Shown here: piece by piece, positions 41,723 to 55,679 of the stretch
Position numbering within the stretch: the stretch's first letter is position 1
Layout: every line of letters starts with the position of its first letter
NCBI GenBank assembly: GCA_021613535.1
Contig: CP075497.1
Coordinates: 3,038,001 to 3,102,000, forward strand
Reading direction: 5' to 3'
Length of the DNA: 64,000 bases
From: Adineta vaga
Lineage: Eukaryota > Animalia > Rotifera
Program-made: the position numbers and the translations under genes
Notes under the pieces: generated by a model
Told to the model about the DNA's origin: nothing
The model's database searches: none
The model's input: the letters and a program-made list of their open reading frames with translations, nothing else

Positions 41723-44700
41723 ATGTTCAAATTTAAACTCGGACGTAAACAACCCGAGGAAAACGAAGCTCGTCGACGTCTTCAAAAAGAACTATTTGGA
41801 TTAAATAAAGTAAGATTTGAAATCTATTTTCTTTATGATTCATCTTAAATTTCTTCTAGATTTGTGATCGAGGATTTCCCTCGCGTCCATCAGCACTTGC
41901 TTACGATTCTCAATTAAAAATAATCGCCATTGGAACACATTCGGGAGAAATTCGAATGTAAGATGAAGTTTTTTTTTATGAGAGAAAAGTCTTTCTATTC
42001 TTATCCTTCTTATTTTCTAGTTATGGCCAACCAGGATTTCAATTATCCTACAGTCTCGAACTTTCACCATCATCATCAATTCGTAAATTAATTTTTCTCG
42101 ATGGTGTAGCCCGACTACTTGTTTTAACTATTGATGGTTATTTACATTTACTTGAAATTAATAATTATACTCCAACACAAAATGATTCATCATCAAATAG
42201 TACTGTACGTATTGATCGTATTTGTACATCAAATGATGATGATGCAGTTATATTGAAAAATACACAAACAATCTGTTTATTAAGAAATCATTTAAATCTC
42301 TTGATTGGTCTGAATGATGGAAATATTTACTTATTTAATATTGAAAATTTCTCATTAAATGTTAATCCAATTATTCCAACTGATGTTATTGAAAAAACGT
42401 AAGTGACCAAATGGAATAGATTCCCTTATGATTTAGTCTCATGAGAATCAGTTTTCATTTGATTTCAATAAGCAAATAAAAAATTGAGAATGATCAAAGC
42501 ATTTAGTTTTTTCTTTGAATAATTTATTAATTTTTCTGTAGAATTGTTGAATATTGCAGTGGTCGGATTGTTCATCCGGGACCTGTACAATCCATTGTTC
42601 AACATCCAATAAATGAAGATAAAATATTGATTGGATATAAGAATACTCTTATTGTACATTGGGATCTACCATCAAATAGTCATGATCGAACCTATATTTA
42701 TAAACAAGTTCGTTTTCATATTTAAAAATAGGATAATCGAATATTTTCGTGTTGTTCTTAAGGAAGTTGAATCGGTTTGTTGGTATAATAAAGGAATGAA
42801 CTTTGCTACATGTCACAATAATGGAAGCTATGCATTATGGGATGCTAAACAACAATTAAATATTGTTGAAACAGAAAAAACACCATATGGACCTTATCCG
42901 TGTACACCAATGACAAAAATTTGTGTTAAAATCATGAGAAAGTAAGTTAAATAAACGTAAAGGAATAGCATTTGCTTGTTTAATACAATTGACTAATTAT
43001 ACAAACTGTTAGAGATAATTGTAAAGCTTTAATTCAACATACATAATACAAATCTTTCCGGTGCAGTTTTCCTCTAAATAAATTTATCTCTTTTTTTTTA
43101 TTCATTTGAAGTGGTGATCCTTTAATAATATTTGCCGGTGGCTTACCTCGTTCAAGTTATTCAAATAAACATAGTGTTAGTTGTCTATCGGAAAATGAAC
43201 ATGATCATAATAATGATCGAACACGACATGTTACATTTGATTTTACAACAACAGTAATCGATTTTTTTACTATTGATAAAATATCAAACGATGGAAGTAT
43301 GTTCATTTTCTATCGGAAACTTTTCAATCGATTCATAATTTCATCTTTTAGCTCGTGATGATCCTCAATCAGTGGTCATTTTATTAAATGAAGAAATTGT
43401 AGTTATCGATCTTGTTACTGATAGTTGGCCATCATATCATTTACCATATTTAAATAGTATTCATGCATCTCCTGTCATTTGTACAACATTAACATGTAAT
43501 ATTAATCCACAATTTTATAAAAAACTTGTTAATTATGCTGCAATACAATTTGATGATTATTCTGATCGAGTTTGTTGAAAATTATTTTCGTATTTGAATG
43601 AATTCTTCTATGTTTTTGTTTAGAAATGGCCAATAACAGGAGGAGAAATAAAGCATAATACAAACAATTCAAATGATGATACAGAACAACGACATTTATT
43701 ATTAACTGGGTAAGAAATTTTCGTGAATAAGAACTTTTAAATTTCATTTCCTCTTTTTTTCCTTATAGACATGAGGATGGTTCCGTACAATTCTGGGATA
43801 TCACAAATATTTCAATGCCATTGATCTATAAATTAAAAACAAGTGATTATTTTCAAATTGAACAAGCACCTATCGATGAAACAGATGAAGAAACATGGCC
43901 ACCATTTCGAAAGGTTCATTGTTCAACTATCTATTTCAAGATTTTCATTGTCATATTTTCTATTTAGACGGGTTTATATGATCCTTATTGTGATGATCCA
44001 CGTTTAGCTATACAAAAATTATCATTATGTACAAATACAGATACATTGATTGTTGCTGGCACAGCTGGTCAAGTTCTTACTTTTGAATTTTCGACGGAAT
44101 CTACCGATGTAAACATCACTGTAAGTGATTTAATTTAAAATTATTCAAAGATTTCATCTATTTTTCTTCTTCTTCTGATAGACAACAACAGTCAATTTAC
44201 TTGATGGCTGTGAAAGTTTTGTTTGGAAAGGTCATGAAGAAATGAAAACGAAAGCAACATTTATTCCATCTGGTCTTGTTCTAACATCATTAGTTCAACT
44301 TTATCCACCAGCAGCAATATCAGCGTTAGCCATATGTTCTGATATTCAAACGTAATTTTTTTCATAGCATATTTGTTATCTCTTATAAAAAATCAATCTT
44401 TGGATATTTTAGTTATGCTGTGGGTACTGCACATGGTTTTGCAATATTTAATTATAAACAAAACCGAATTCTTACTGCTAAATGTACACTTGATCCAAAT
44501 GCATTAGGAAATACTCCACCTGTTCCATCATCTACTGGTGAATCGACATTAATTCGTGGACGTTCATTGAAAAAATCTCTTCGAGAATCATTTCGACGTT
44601 TGCGTAAAGGTCGTACCATTCGAAAAGCGACAATGTTACCAACAACAAAACGAACAGATGAAAATAATCCATTATCACAAACCAATATGCATTTAGAAGA

Positions 44701-46697
44701 TGTTATACGTGTACCTGTGGAAAGACAAGTCGAATTTCGAGAATTTAAACCTGTTGATGATCAAGTTGCTAGTATGGTTCGTTGTCTTTATTTTGCTAAG
44801 ACATATCTTAATAGTGGTAAGTTTTATCATGCGATTCAATTCTGAAGATTATTGCCTGTTTTTCTTTATCAATAGTTAATGATCGAACACGTTCACTTTG
44901 GACGGGTACAAATGGTGGTCATGTGTATGTTTATTCTATAACTGGTTTTGAACCTCAATCAGCGAATGGTGCTGCTATTGCTACAGATCAAACGAATACA
45001 TGTACCATGGGTTAGTTATTCGATTTCAATTGATATTAAACTAAGTTTTGTTGATTTTAGCAAAAGAAATTCGATTGAAACATAAAGCACCTGTATTAAG
45101 TATTGTTGTACTTGATAGTGCAAATCAATCCATCGGGCAAGGTTCAAGTATTCCAACAATAGAACCGACATGTACACCTTCAAATGTTCCTGCTCCAACA
45201 ACAGTGAACTCAGAAAATACATCACCAACATCATCAACACCAATGACTTCACATAAAGTTCTCATTTGTTCAGAAGAACAATTCAAAGTATTTACCACAA
45301 TTTTCTTCTGATAATTTTACTTAATATGTTTTTCTTCGAAAGGTCTTCACTTTACCAAATTTAAAACCTTATTGTAAATTTAAACTAACAGCTACCGAAG
45401 GTACTCGTGTACGTAAAGTGAATATCAATCAATTTACTCTCAAATCAGGTAGAGATTTTCTATTTCACACCACGTTCTTCATTCCATTCCTTCTTTCTTT
45501 TTCTTTCATCTAGATAATGTCAATGAATCGTATTCTGAATCATGTCTTGTATGTTTGGATAATATGGGCCAAATAAGTATTTACACATTACCAAATCTAC
45601 GTCGTCAAATTTTATTCAGTTGTATAAAAGCAAGTGATATAAATGCTTTATCAACTATTCAATTTTCTCCATTTGCACATGCACTCTATTTACAATCTTC
45701 ATCTGAATTAGTTCAAGTAACATTTTCACCACAAACAATTTTACCTTATTCAATGTCAATTACATACGATAAACTTCAACGTAAAACAATACAACGTTCG
45801 GATCTAGATAAAGTAGTACGACAAACAAGTCCACAAAGAAATCTATCTAATGGACATGATGCACTTTTATTGTAAGTGTAAACTAAACGATAGAATACAT
45901 TTTTATTCTATTGGCATTTTTTATTTTTATTTAGAACACCGTCAAAATTATCTGAACATGCAGATGAATCAACCATAACATCAATCAGTGAAAAAAATCA
46001 AGAAACACCATCGAAATCATCGATTTCATCTTCATTACAAAGAAATCATGAAGTAAATCAAACATTTATTAAAATATTGTCTACACGAAATCCTTTTATT
46101 TTATTTTTCAATTCTAGAATATGAATCAAAATAAAATCTCAAATGGACATGAAGAATCTCTTATGAGCAAAACGAACAATACCATTGGCAAATCATATCA
46201 AAATGGAAATATTGGAAATAACAGTGGATTTAGTACCAATTCTGATTCAGCTATTGATTTAAGTTCAGGAATAACATCAATGAATATAACAAATAATCAC
46301 AATCATCCATCAAAGTAAGAAAATTTATTTCTTCAACTTTTCTTTTTAACTGTTTATATTTTCTTAGTGATGAAATTCAAAAACCAGTTGATCGAGATTT
46401 ACCTTCATTTCAATCAACTCCATTAAGAAGTAAGTCATTTTATTCTTCATCAAATTTTTCTTCAACAGAATGTTAATTTTATTAGTATCAACTGATCTAA
46501 TGATACAAAAAGATCATCAGAATGCATTTTCACCTGTTTCTCCAAATGGCAAAGCATCTACTTCACATACAACGAAATTAATTTCAGTTAAAGTTCGTCA
46601 AGCACCAACAATCAATGAGATTCATTATTATAATGGTACAAATAATAATAATAATCCAGCATCACCCAATCAACGTACACCTGCCATACATACCTAA
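41723..46697 (+). CDS. LLGL: Lethal(2) giant larvae homolog (WD40 polarity protein)
   Basis: [72 protein letters not shown], and the aPKC-target polybasic segment SLKKSLRESFRRLRKGR that distinguishes Lgl from tomosyn. Confidence 0.93.
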
Positions 46698-47148
46698 TTA
46701 ATCTAGTTCATTTTAATGTTTATTGTTCGTTTTGCATACAGATAAATAATCGCTGTTGTTCTTTGTCTTTTGATATACTTAATCCTATTATTATTATTAT
46801 TATTATTATCCATGTCAGATATTGTTCAATGACCTTGTCTTCTTGTGTGTATAATCGTCAAATATTTCGAATGATTCTCATATTTGTCTTGATCCGTACT
46901 AATCCTACGTATTGTGTTTACTTCCATCTTTTGAAGATTTTATCGAAGAACTTTTTGTGTGTGCTGTTTTTCTTGTCTATTGCTAATTTACTCTTCTTTA
47001 TTACTCACTCATTTCTTTATACTTCTGCAAACGCTCAATGTGTGTGTGTGTGTATTTAGCAGCAATACTATGATAGTGATTGCGTCTTATTCATACATAT
47101 TCAAGGAAAGAAAGATAATAAAAATGGTAACAAAAAAAAATGAATCGT

Positions 47149-47677
47149 TTAAGATCGATTATCAAGTCTAGTGGATGAAATCAAACGAGTATTGCGTAGT
47201 AATATTGTCGGAGAAGGATGTAGTTTATTGGAAAATTTCTTTATTTCTTTCCAAATATCTTTATTAAGAAAAATCAAACAGATTTTTTCAATCATTGTTG
47301 CAATTGATGTCGCGACAATTGTAAACATATAGAAAGCATTAGATATTGCATGATTTTTTGTTATGAGTATAATTTGAATGAGACTTGGAATACCAGCAAT
47401 GAGAAAAATGACTAGGAGAATGAAAATATTTCGAATTAAATCAAGATCTCGTTTTGTTAAATGTGCTGAATGTTGAACAGTGACCGATGATTGAATAACT
47501 GGACGATAGATAATACCATAAATGATAATAACAATAAGAAATGGAGTAAAATAAGTCAGAGCAAAGAAGTAACTCGTATGGTGGATATTTACAGCTGGGA
47601 TTAAACATATATGCAATGGACGAAATCGAATGTCTTTAGTAATGAGACTTGGGAGTGAAATTACAAAGGAAATAAAG
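47149..47677 (-). pseudogene. 3' half (TM4-TM7) of a 7TM/GPCR gene split by the 14.4-kb insertion
   Basis: FISFVISLPSL..C..YFTPFLIVIIIYGIIY..KRDLDLIRNIFILLVIFLIAGIP. The ORF track's N-terminus (MGAGCLHLPPC) is transposon TIR sequence. Confidence 0.88.
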
Positions 47678-50619
47678 CAAGGGGGTAAGTGCAGGCATCC
47701 AGCACCCAAAATCAGCGTTAGATGCTGAATAGATGCTGAGATGCTGGCTGGATGCTGAGATGCTGACTGGATGCTGAGATGCTGTTAGGATGCCGAGATA
47801 TTGATTGATTTTTCAAAGAGAAGTGTGGAGTATAATCATGGTATACAACTAGACGGCAGCACCTTGTATCATATTTATTGTTACATTATAAATGACAGCC
47901 GTCACGGGTGACTCGCTTGACTCTCAACTAAAGAATTAACAAAAGGCAATTTACTGGTTATTTTTCCTAAAAAGTCTTTATTCTTGAAATGAATTTTTTT
48001 ATGATTTATGGAATAATTGTGATCAATAGATTTATACTGGTCTACATAATATGGAACGCTAATTCGTTTTATTCTAAAAGTCTTTTTTGAAAGAGTTAGG
48101 AGTGTTTTGAGCTTCTCTGTGCTCAAAAACATTATGATTGTCAATGTACCTTTAGTATCATATAATATCGAGTTCTTTTCATCATTGTCTTCTGAATATT
48201 TGTCGATATCACGATAATATTCAAAAGCATAACTATCTGAATTGTATGGCGTGACAACTGAGATTCAGACATGGATGAGAAAAAGTCAGTAATCATACAA
48301 TGGAGCAAATATAATATTAAATAGACAAGCAAACACACAAATCTTGATGATTTTTTAGGAGAATGACTATCGTTATATCGGTGTATGTTCAAGAGATCGA
48401 AATTGGATGTTTTGAGTGCTTCAATGCGCATTGCAGTTTTATTGATGTAGTTAGAGTAATGAAATATAGTTGAAATCACACCTATCTATTATTTAAAAGA
48501 ATAATATTTTCTCGAAATGATGTGTTGAGAAGTGTTAGTCACAGCTTCCAGATCCAGACCTATTAGACAAATCTAAGTATGGTCGTGTTAACCGTAATAA
48601 TATACACATATCTCTAATCATTCAAGCGATCTGTTCATTGAATCTATGCTTCCTCATAAAGCATTCGTCTTCAATGTCTATCTATCTCTATCTTTTTCTC
48701 TTCACTTTCTCTTCTTCTCCTTATTCTCATAATTAATGTGTTCTTTGAGAAAGAGAAGCGAGGATGAACTGATGTTAAAGACGCGCATATTTGTTGAAGT
48801 AAAGAGACTGAAAGTCATGAACAAAGTTTAACGTTACATTAACCAATATATTCTATTAGGTCCAATTTTTTACAAAGAATTATTTTCGCTTATACGTGGA
48901 TTGAATCATTCGATGGCTTCTCAAGCATCAAGGCTCACCTATTGCATTGATAACAAGTCTATCAAATGAACGTCTAGTCGTTCCGATTCGTAGTTTATTC
49001 TCGAGTCTACGATAAGCTAAATTCAGGTTTTGACACTCGAGAACTAATTCGTACATCGCACATCGATACCCATCTAAACAGCCGGTTGTAGTTTCTCGCA
49101 TTATCTTCAACTTGTGTTTTATTTTGAAAAGTTTATATCATTAGGAGATTGTCTTCCAAAGAGAACCAACTCATTTGTTTTGAATCTATGTGAAACAAAC
49201 GTCGCTAACGAATTCCGGTTCGAATCATATCAGAACTCGACAGCTGAGATTCCGATGAAGTTTCGAATAGTTCCGATCGAAATTATTTGTGAACGTCAGG
49301 ATCCAGTCGGATATGTTTGACCTGAGGACAATTGTCTGAATAATTTCAGACTCGTTTCAATGTTTCATTTTAAAATAACCTTTTGTATAAGCGGTTAGTC
49401 GTTCGTCGGTCTCGCTCTGATCGACCAGTCGTTACCACGTTCTTCTTCAGTATATCGTCCACTAATAGTACAGCTTTGACAAGAGTAGTTGAAGTTCAAC
49501 TATTGAACATAGTTTCGATGTTTCTTCAACAATTTCGTACCTTTCATCAATATGATCTTGGAACAGAAACTGAAAGGAAGCAACGATTTCCCAAATATTT
49601 ACGCATAAAATACACTATACGGCGACTCTTCCAAGTTTTTTGCATTTCTTAAATTGTATCATGACGTTGCTGCATGCAGTGATGCAACCATGATTTTTTC
49701 ATAATAGGCGAACTTGTATTGTGTGAAAAAAAGACTATGGGCAAAATAGGCAAGTTTTTTATTAATGGACCAAAAGCGTTGAAAGAACACAAACATAATG
49801 AAATCAAGCAGTTCTTTTCATTAAAAAAACTGAACATACAAATATCAGGTCTAAGTCGAATGGCCATTCCATTAACCTATTATCAATGTTTTGCATTACA
49901 GTTAAAACGCACGAGGAAGTATACTCCAAATTCCTTACGAAACAAATTGGTGAAGTGGGTATATGTTTGTGTGATACAAGTAGACGAGAAAAAATACAAT
50001 TGGTATCTAACTGATAAATAAATAGACCCATCGAAAAAGTAAAATTTGAATGGGCGAAGCTCAAAATAAAATGGGCAATTGCCCATTTGCCTCCCCTTGG
50101 TTGCGCCACTGGCTGTATAAGAAGGCTTAAACAAAACTTAACCAGTCACCTACATAAACATCTTTTCATCTGATTTTTTATAGCTAGATGCCGAGTTGAA
50201 TATTTTATTTCATTATGCACCTCGGTCTCAAAATACACTATGACCCAAGGGTATCTTCATAGCGTAGTAGTTGAAGATCTGAGGATCCTCATATGATAGT
50301 ATATGAGGACCAAGCGGACCTCTTATGAATAGGTTTGCGACTATTCCATTTTTCAAATAGTGATCCTTGACCAGACATAGACATACAGATATACATACAA
50401 ATCAGTTTCGACTATTAATCGTACTACACCTCTTGCAGTCGAGGGAACAAAATACGATTGATAATCAGTATATCAACAGTACTAAACATGTGTGGAGGTC
50501 TTAAAAATGTGTTAAATGGGTGTCGACATGCTGAGTGGATGCCGAGATGCTGAACGGATGCCGAGATGCCCGACAGGTGCTGAGATGCTGGCAGCATCCG
50601 GTCTGCACTTACCCCCTTG
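47678..50619 (+). mobile_element. Non-autonomous TIR DNA transposon, long copy (2,942 bp; hAT or P superfamily by 8-bp TSD)
   Basis: 17-bp TIR CAAGGGGGTAAGTGCAG ... CTGCACTTACCCCCTTG. Subterminal GGATGC(T/C)GAGATGCTG repeats at 47720-47800 and 50528-50592. No transposase recognised inside. Confidence 0.9.
50040..50111 (-). mobile_element. Solo terminus of a probable hAT-like element nested in the long copy
   Basis: The minus strand begins CAGTGGCGCAACCAAGGGGAGGCAAATGGGCAATTGCCC, a typical hAT-type end with repeated GCCCAT motifs. No partner end found. Confidence 0.35.
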
Positions 50620-51187
50620 GGAAACTTCGGATTTTATCTGAGAGTTATGTGTACTGCAAAAAGTGTATGAGAGATATGAACCATTCTAGAATGTCTACAA
50701 AACACAATTACGACGAGACATTTTTCGATGACTTATTTTTGAATGAATTTTTATGTTTGAATCTATCGGAATAACGGTCATATGCAGCCTCATAAACCTA
50801 TAAGAGATCTATGATAGATCATCAATATCAATAGCTATGGAGATCAGGTTATTCTCTTTCGATAGTCTTTCTGACTAGCTACAAAACCAAGCATTTGCGA
50901 AGCGCCCAAACTACAGGTCATCTGATGGAATATCATGTCAAAAAGGCGTTGCCTGTAACGCTACCAATACAGTGGAACCGACTTTATTTGAAAACAAAAG
51001 ACACAGTTTTAATAGAGAATTATTTTATGTTATTTCTGTAATATTTTTTTCTCTGGCTTTTGTAGAAATTCCCGATGTCGCTATCCATTTCTAGTCGTCA
51101 GTGATTGGCATTTCCAGTTCCATTTTAGTCGTCAGAACAATGTACTATTGTACCTATTTTTTCATTGTAGATTTTTTTGTTATTGAA

Positions 51188-52593
51188 ATGAATTTCGAAA
51201 AGAAACGATCAAATTTATTTGATGAAACTAATGATGATACTGATCTTGTGAAAAAGCCGAAACGTCAACGTTTGAATGATATACCAAATATTGTCAACGA
51301 TATTCAAAGGCTTACAGCGGAAAAAACACATTTAATTATCAAATTATTTATTCAATTTATCAATGGCACTACAAGTTCATTCGTGTTTGATGATTTATTA
51401 AAATCATTTATCGATAATTGTCCGTCATTAAGTCACAAACATATTATCTATGAATTGTATTATGATGAAGAATTTCTATTAAAAAAATTTTATTTCATTA
51501 TTTTGTCTTTGCTAATTCATCAACATTACAACTCTTATTTTGAATAAAAACAATTAGATAATATGAATATTATTAAAATTCTTATATTTAATTGATGAAG
51601 AAAATATCTTTCAAAAATTCGAACAAATCCCTAATGATCAATTGAATATATCATCTTACTTTTCTTTAATGGGTACATTCCTTATGACTATTATATCACA
51701 CAAAACAATTACCACTCAAGATCTTTTTACAATATCAACGGTACTGCAAGATTCAATGATTGATACCAATGTTATGAATATGCCGGTTTTAGAAGAATTC
51801 GTAGAATATTTTCGTAATATAATGAACATTAGTTTTGTCAAAAACATTTATATGGAATTACTCAATGACGAAATTGGATCTGATAATTCTATTGACGAAA
51901 TAACTTTCTCAGGTAAATACAGTTTAAAAAATATTTTTCTTCAAAATAGAAGATATTTTTTATTAAGATATTGTTCCTAAAACAATTGATGAAATTCTCA
52001 TTAAACGTGGTATTGTATTTGCGAACTTGTCGACATGTTTTACTGCTGTGACCTGTTTCAATCGTACGATAATTATCAACAAAAATGCTATTTTATTCAA
52101 CTTGTTAACCAAATCTAAACATTTGCATGACAACGAAATTCTTTTTGGTGGTTTATTGATAACAATACTACAAGAATTTTTTCACGTATTAAGAAGAACT
52201 GTTATTAAAAAAGCATTTAGTCCTTTTTATGAACGAACACCACCTCGAATTATTGCTTCACGAAATGGTATAACTATGTCGGAAGACGGTCTTCAACTAG
52301 AAGACCGTCTATTTGGCATCATATGTGAATCAATCGGTGATCTTGATTGTAAATATTTATTAAATTATGAAAATTGGAAGAACCAGAATCATCAGGATTT
52401 CAAGATAAATTTCAGCAATTCACAAACTCTCGATTTAAACACTAATCAAACACAAAATCGTTGGATTTTACCGAGCAAAAGTGGTAACATTAACTATGAA
52501 AATAACTCAGATCAAACATCTATAAACTCTTCATCACAACGATTAATATTAGCTAATTGTGTTCTTGCCTCTGAAATGTATAGATTTTCTTAA
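51188..52593 (+). pseudogene. Disrupted gene with degenerate zincin-like motif (QEFFH...TP...EDG..LE..LFG)
   Basis: Consecutive ORFs 51188-51547, ~51595-51912 and 51968-52593, with a GT-AG intron at ~51913-51967, an in-frame TAA at 51545 and a frame change shortly after. Motif ITILQEFFHVLRR..ERTPP..EDGLQLEDRLFG. Confidence 0.6.
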
Positions 52594-53647
52594 ATAAATT
52601 AAAAGATGTACCACAAAGAAGTTGTTTTCCTTGTTAATATTTAAGAATGAAATTTATTCGAAATAATTTTCTTTGAAAGTGATAAATGAAAACGTCAGCT
52701 GTTCTTATTACAGTGGACGAACTTCGTCCTTTCCTATTCTATTATGTCTTTGTTATTGTATAGTTTACATGTAAGTATGTCACAGTTGAGTTTAAAATAC
52801 GCGAACATAATAGAGGACAAAAAAGAGAAACAAAAATTAAATATAAATAGATGGATTTGAAAATATTTTTTTCTAAGTACAAACCGAAAGAAAATTCTAT
52901 GTCACGCTCGTCAAAAGATCTATTTTTGATATGAAAGCATTTCTCTCTCTCTATTTTCTTAAAAATTTCAATGTTCTGTACGTCCCGCAAATGAGAAAAG
53001 CTATCTATTTATACAAAAATCTTTCTTTTCTATTTTCTACTAATCCCAATCATATCTTTCGTATTAGACATAATTCCATACACAATTCTCAATTCTATTT
53101 GTTCTCTCTGAAATCAAAATATATATTCAAATACTATTTTTCTATGTTCCAATTTCAACTAAATTCTCTAATCGACTGCTACATATACATCATTTGGAAT
53201 GACAACAAAAAACAGGTAACACTTACTTATATGGATTTTAATCAATCATTTTCGGATAAAAAATATTATGAATGGAATATCTTAAAAGATAAAAATCCAT
53301 TATTAAATGTTTATAAATAATATAGTGGAAATTCTTAAAAACAAATCAATTTCAATATTTTTCTTCACTATCTAGAAATTATTTCTTCTTTTTCTAATGT
53401 TCAATAGGCTAAAAGGACAATGAAATATTTCATTATATTCATCGCGGTCAATATTCTATCTTTTTCATTTGATTCGTTAAAGCTCTACATAAAGAGTAGA
53501 AGAGAAACTCAAATATCATTTATTTAAAATTCATTGAGTTCGTTCAAATATTAACATTGTACTGTTAGATTATTGATCATCATTCTTTTTATCTTTATAG
53601 AGATAGGAATCTTTCTATATCTTTTTTCTTTTCATAGTTAAAATACG

Positions 53648-55515
53648 ATGAAATCAAGATTTGAACATTTACCAAATGAACTTATTTTTCTTATATTTTC
53701 TAATATATCATGGTCAAATATATTAATATGTTTTTGGTCATTAAATAAACGAATTGATCAATTAATATCTTCATTTTTATCAAGTAGAAAGAATGGCCTT
53801 GTGTTTATTGAACCAAGTTTATCACTTGAAAAACGTCAAACAAAATTATTTCCATTAATATCTCAATCATCATTACTTTTATCTTCTATTCGTCGAATTC
53901 ATTTTGATGGAACAAATTCAAATTCATTTGATTTAATTAACGAATGGTTATTTGATAATGAGAAAAAATCTTCTCGTTTTTCAAATCTTCAATCACTTAT
54001 TTTAACTCGTTGTTTATTAAATAAATCTTTATTTGATACATTACCACTTCTTATTAAATATCAACTTGATGAATTAACATTATTACTTGACAAGAATATG
54101 ATTGAATTCTCTTATAATGTAAATGATTTGTCGAAAATAGAATATGAAAAAGGTAAATGAAATCTTTTCTAAAATAAAATCAATATTATCTTTTACAATA
54201 GAAAAATTAATAAAAATATTTGAAGAAATAATTGAAATAATATTTTCCAATGAATGTCGATTAACTTCATTAAAATTTAATTTTGTTTGTGATGGTTATT
54301 CTCTTAAATTTTATCAATGTTTAAAATCACATTTGTTCAAATTTGATTTCAATTTCAAATCAAATATTTTGTCCAAAACTTCGTTATTTACATCTTCATA
54401 TTCGATATACATTTTTTCTTGAAAATGTTATTGATTATGTTCCTTGTCTTGAAGAATTAATTGTCATTTTTCAGCAATCATTAGAAATATTTCCACGATC
54501 ATCATCATATATAAAGACTTTAATAGAAACAAATGGAATTTGGTTTAAGAAAGTAAGAACTAAAGAATTCTCAAACTATGTATTTTTTTGACAGAAAAAA
54601 TGTTGCTTTTTCGATTAGAAATGATTGAAATAATGAAATATTATTTTCAAAATTTCATCTGAACACGTGTACATGAATAATAGAAATGTGTACTATTCTA
54701 TATTCTCGACTCTGTTTTGTATAACAACATGAAAAAACAACAGATGTCATATTATTGTTTCTTAGTATATTGTATTTTAGGTATCAAAATTAAAAAGTTT
54801 TACTTTGAAAAGTTCTATTTGGGACAATTTAGAATTTGCTTATTTCAAATGGTTACTTAATAATTTGAACCATATTGAAACACTTTCTATTCATCTTGAA
54901 AGTCCTGATGATTCGGAAACAGATGAAATTATTTGGAATTCTATAATTGATGCAAATTTTCTAAATATTGTTTACCTGATGAAATCATTCATTTAAAACA
55001 ATTTCATTTTTATATTATTTCACAATATGAATCAATAAAGAAAACAAGTGATGAAATCATCTATTCATTTCAAATTCATCCTGCTTTTCTTAATCATCAA
55101 TGGACAAATATAAAATGTTTATTTGATCCAATTTTATCTAATCATAAGAATTACGTTCTATTTTATAGTCATGTTCCAAAAGCTGTTAATCATTCAAATA
55201 TTCGTTGTATTCGGATTAATATCGATTCAAATCTTCATTCATCTCTTCGACAATTGAATCAATTATTTCCAAATGTTTCTTGCATTAAAGTTAATTTAGG
55301 TAAGAATATATTCATTAAAAAAGATTTTAGAATTGTTTTTTGAGAAAAATGAGTTTATTTTATGTTTTTTTAGAATATTATATGAGTTTTAATATTTCAA
55401 CAATGAATTCATTGATCACGGCATTTGAAATCGACAAATCTCGGTCGTTAAGAAATATTCAATTACATAATGTTACACGACTTGATTTTAGTCCATATTT
55501 CAGTCGTCGATCTGG
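53648..55515 (+). pseudogene. F-box/LRR-like protein, frameshifted, 3' part interrupted
   Basis: F-box start SRFEHLPNELIFLIFSNISW..FWSLNKRIDQLI, followed by degenerate LRRs (NLQSLILTRC, KLRYLHLHI, KLKSFTLKS). Frameshifts within exons near 54340 and 54960. Confidence 0.8.
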
Positions 55516-55679
55516 TAAATTTTTCTTCTATTAGAATTGAAAGTCATAAGAAAAACCAAATATGTCAATAAAGCTATTAAGAAAAGACTTTTGTAGAATA
55601 TGCTTTCTTCTCGTTTTCTCGAAAGTTTCCTTTCGAATCTCAAGAAGAGAACATATAGTAATGGTAATATAGGCAGATT

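Noticed and set aside
47700-47800. GGATGC(T/C)GAGATGCTG repeats (also at 50528-50592 and 61985-62090) as a CRISPR-like array
   Set aside because: There are no unique spacers. They are subterminal repeats of the TIR element in an intron-rich eukaryotic context.
52715-52740. GGACGAACTTCGTCC hairpin as a Helitron 3' end
   Set aside because: There is no canonical CTRR at the expected spacing and no 5' TC end was identified.
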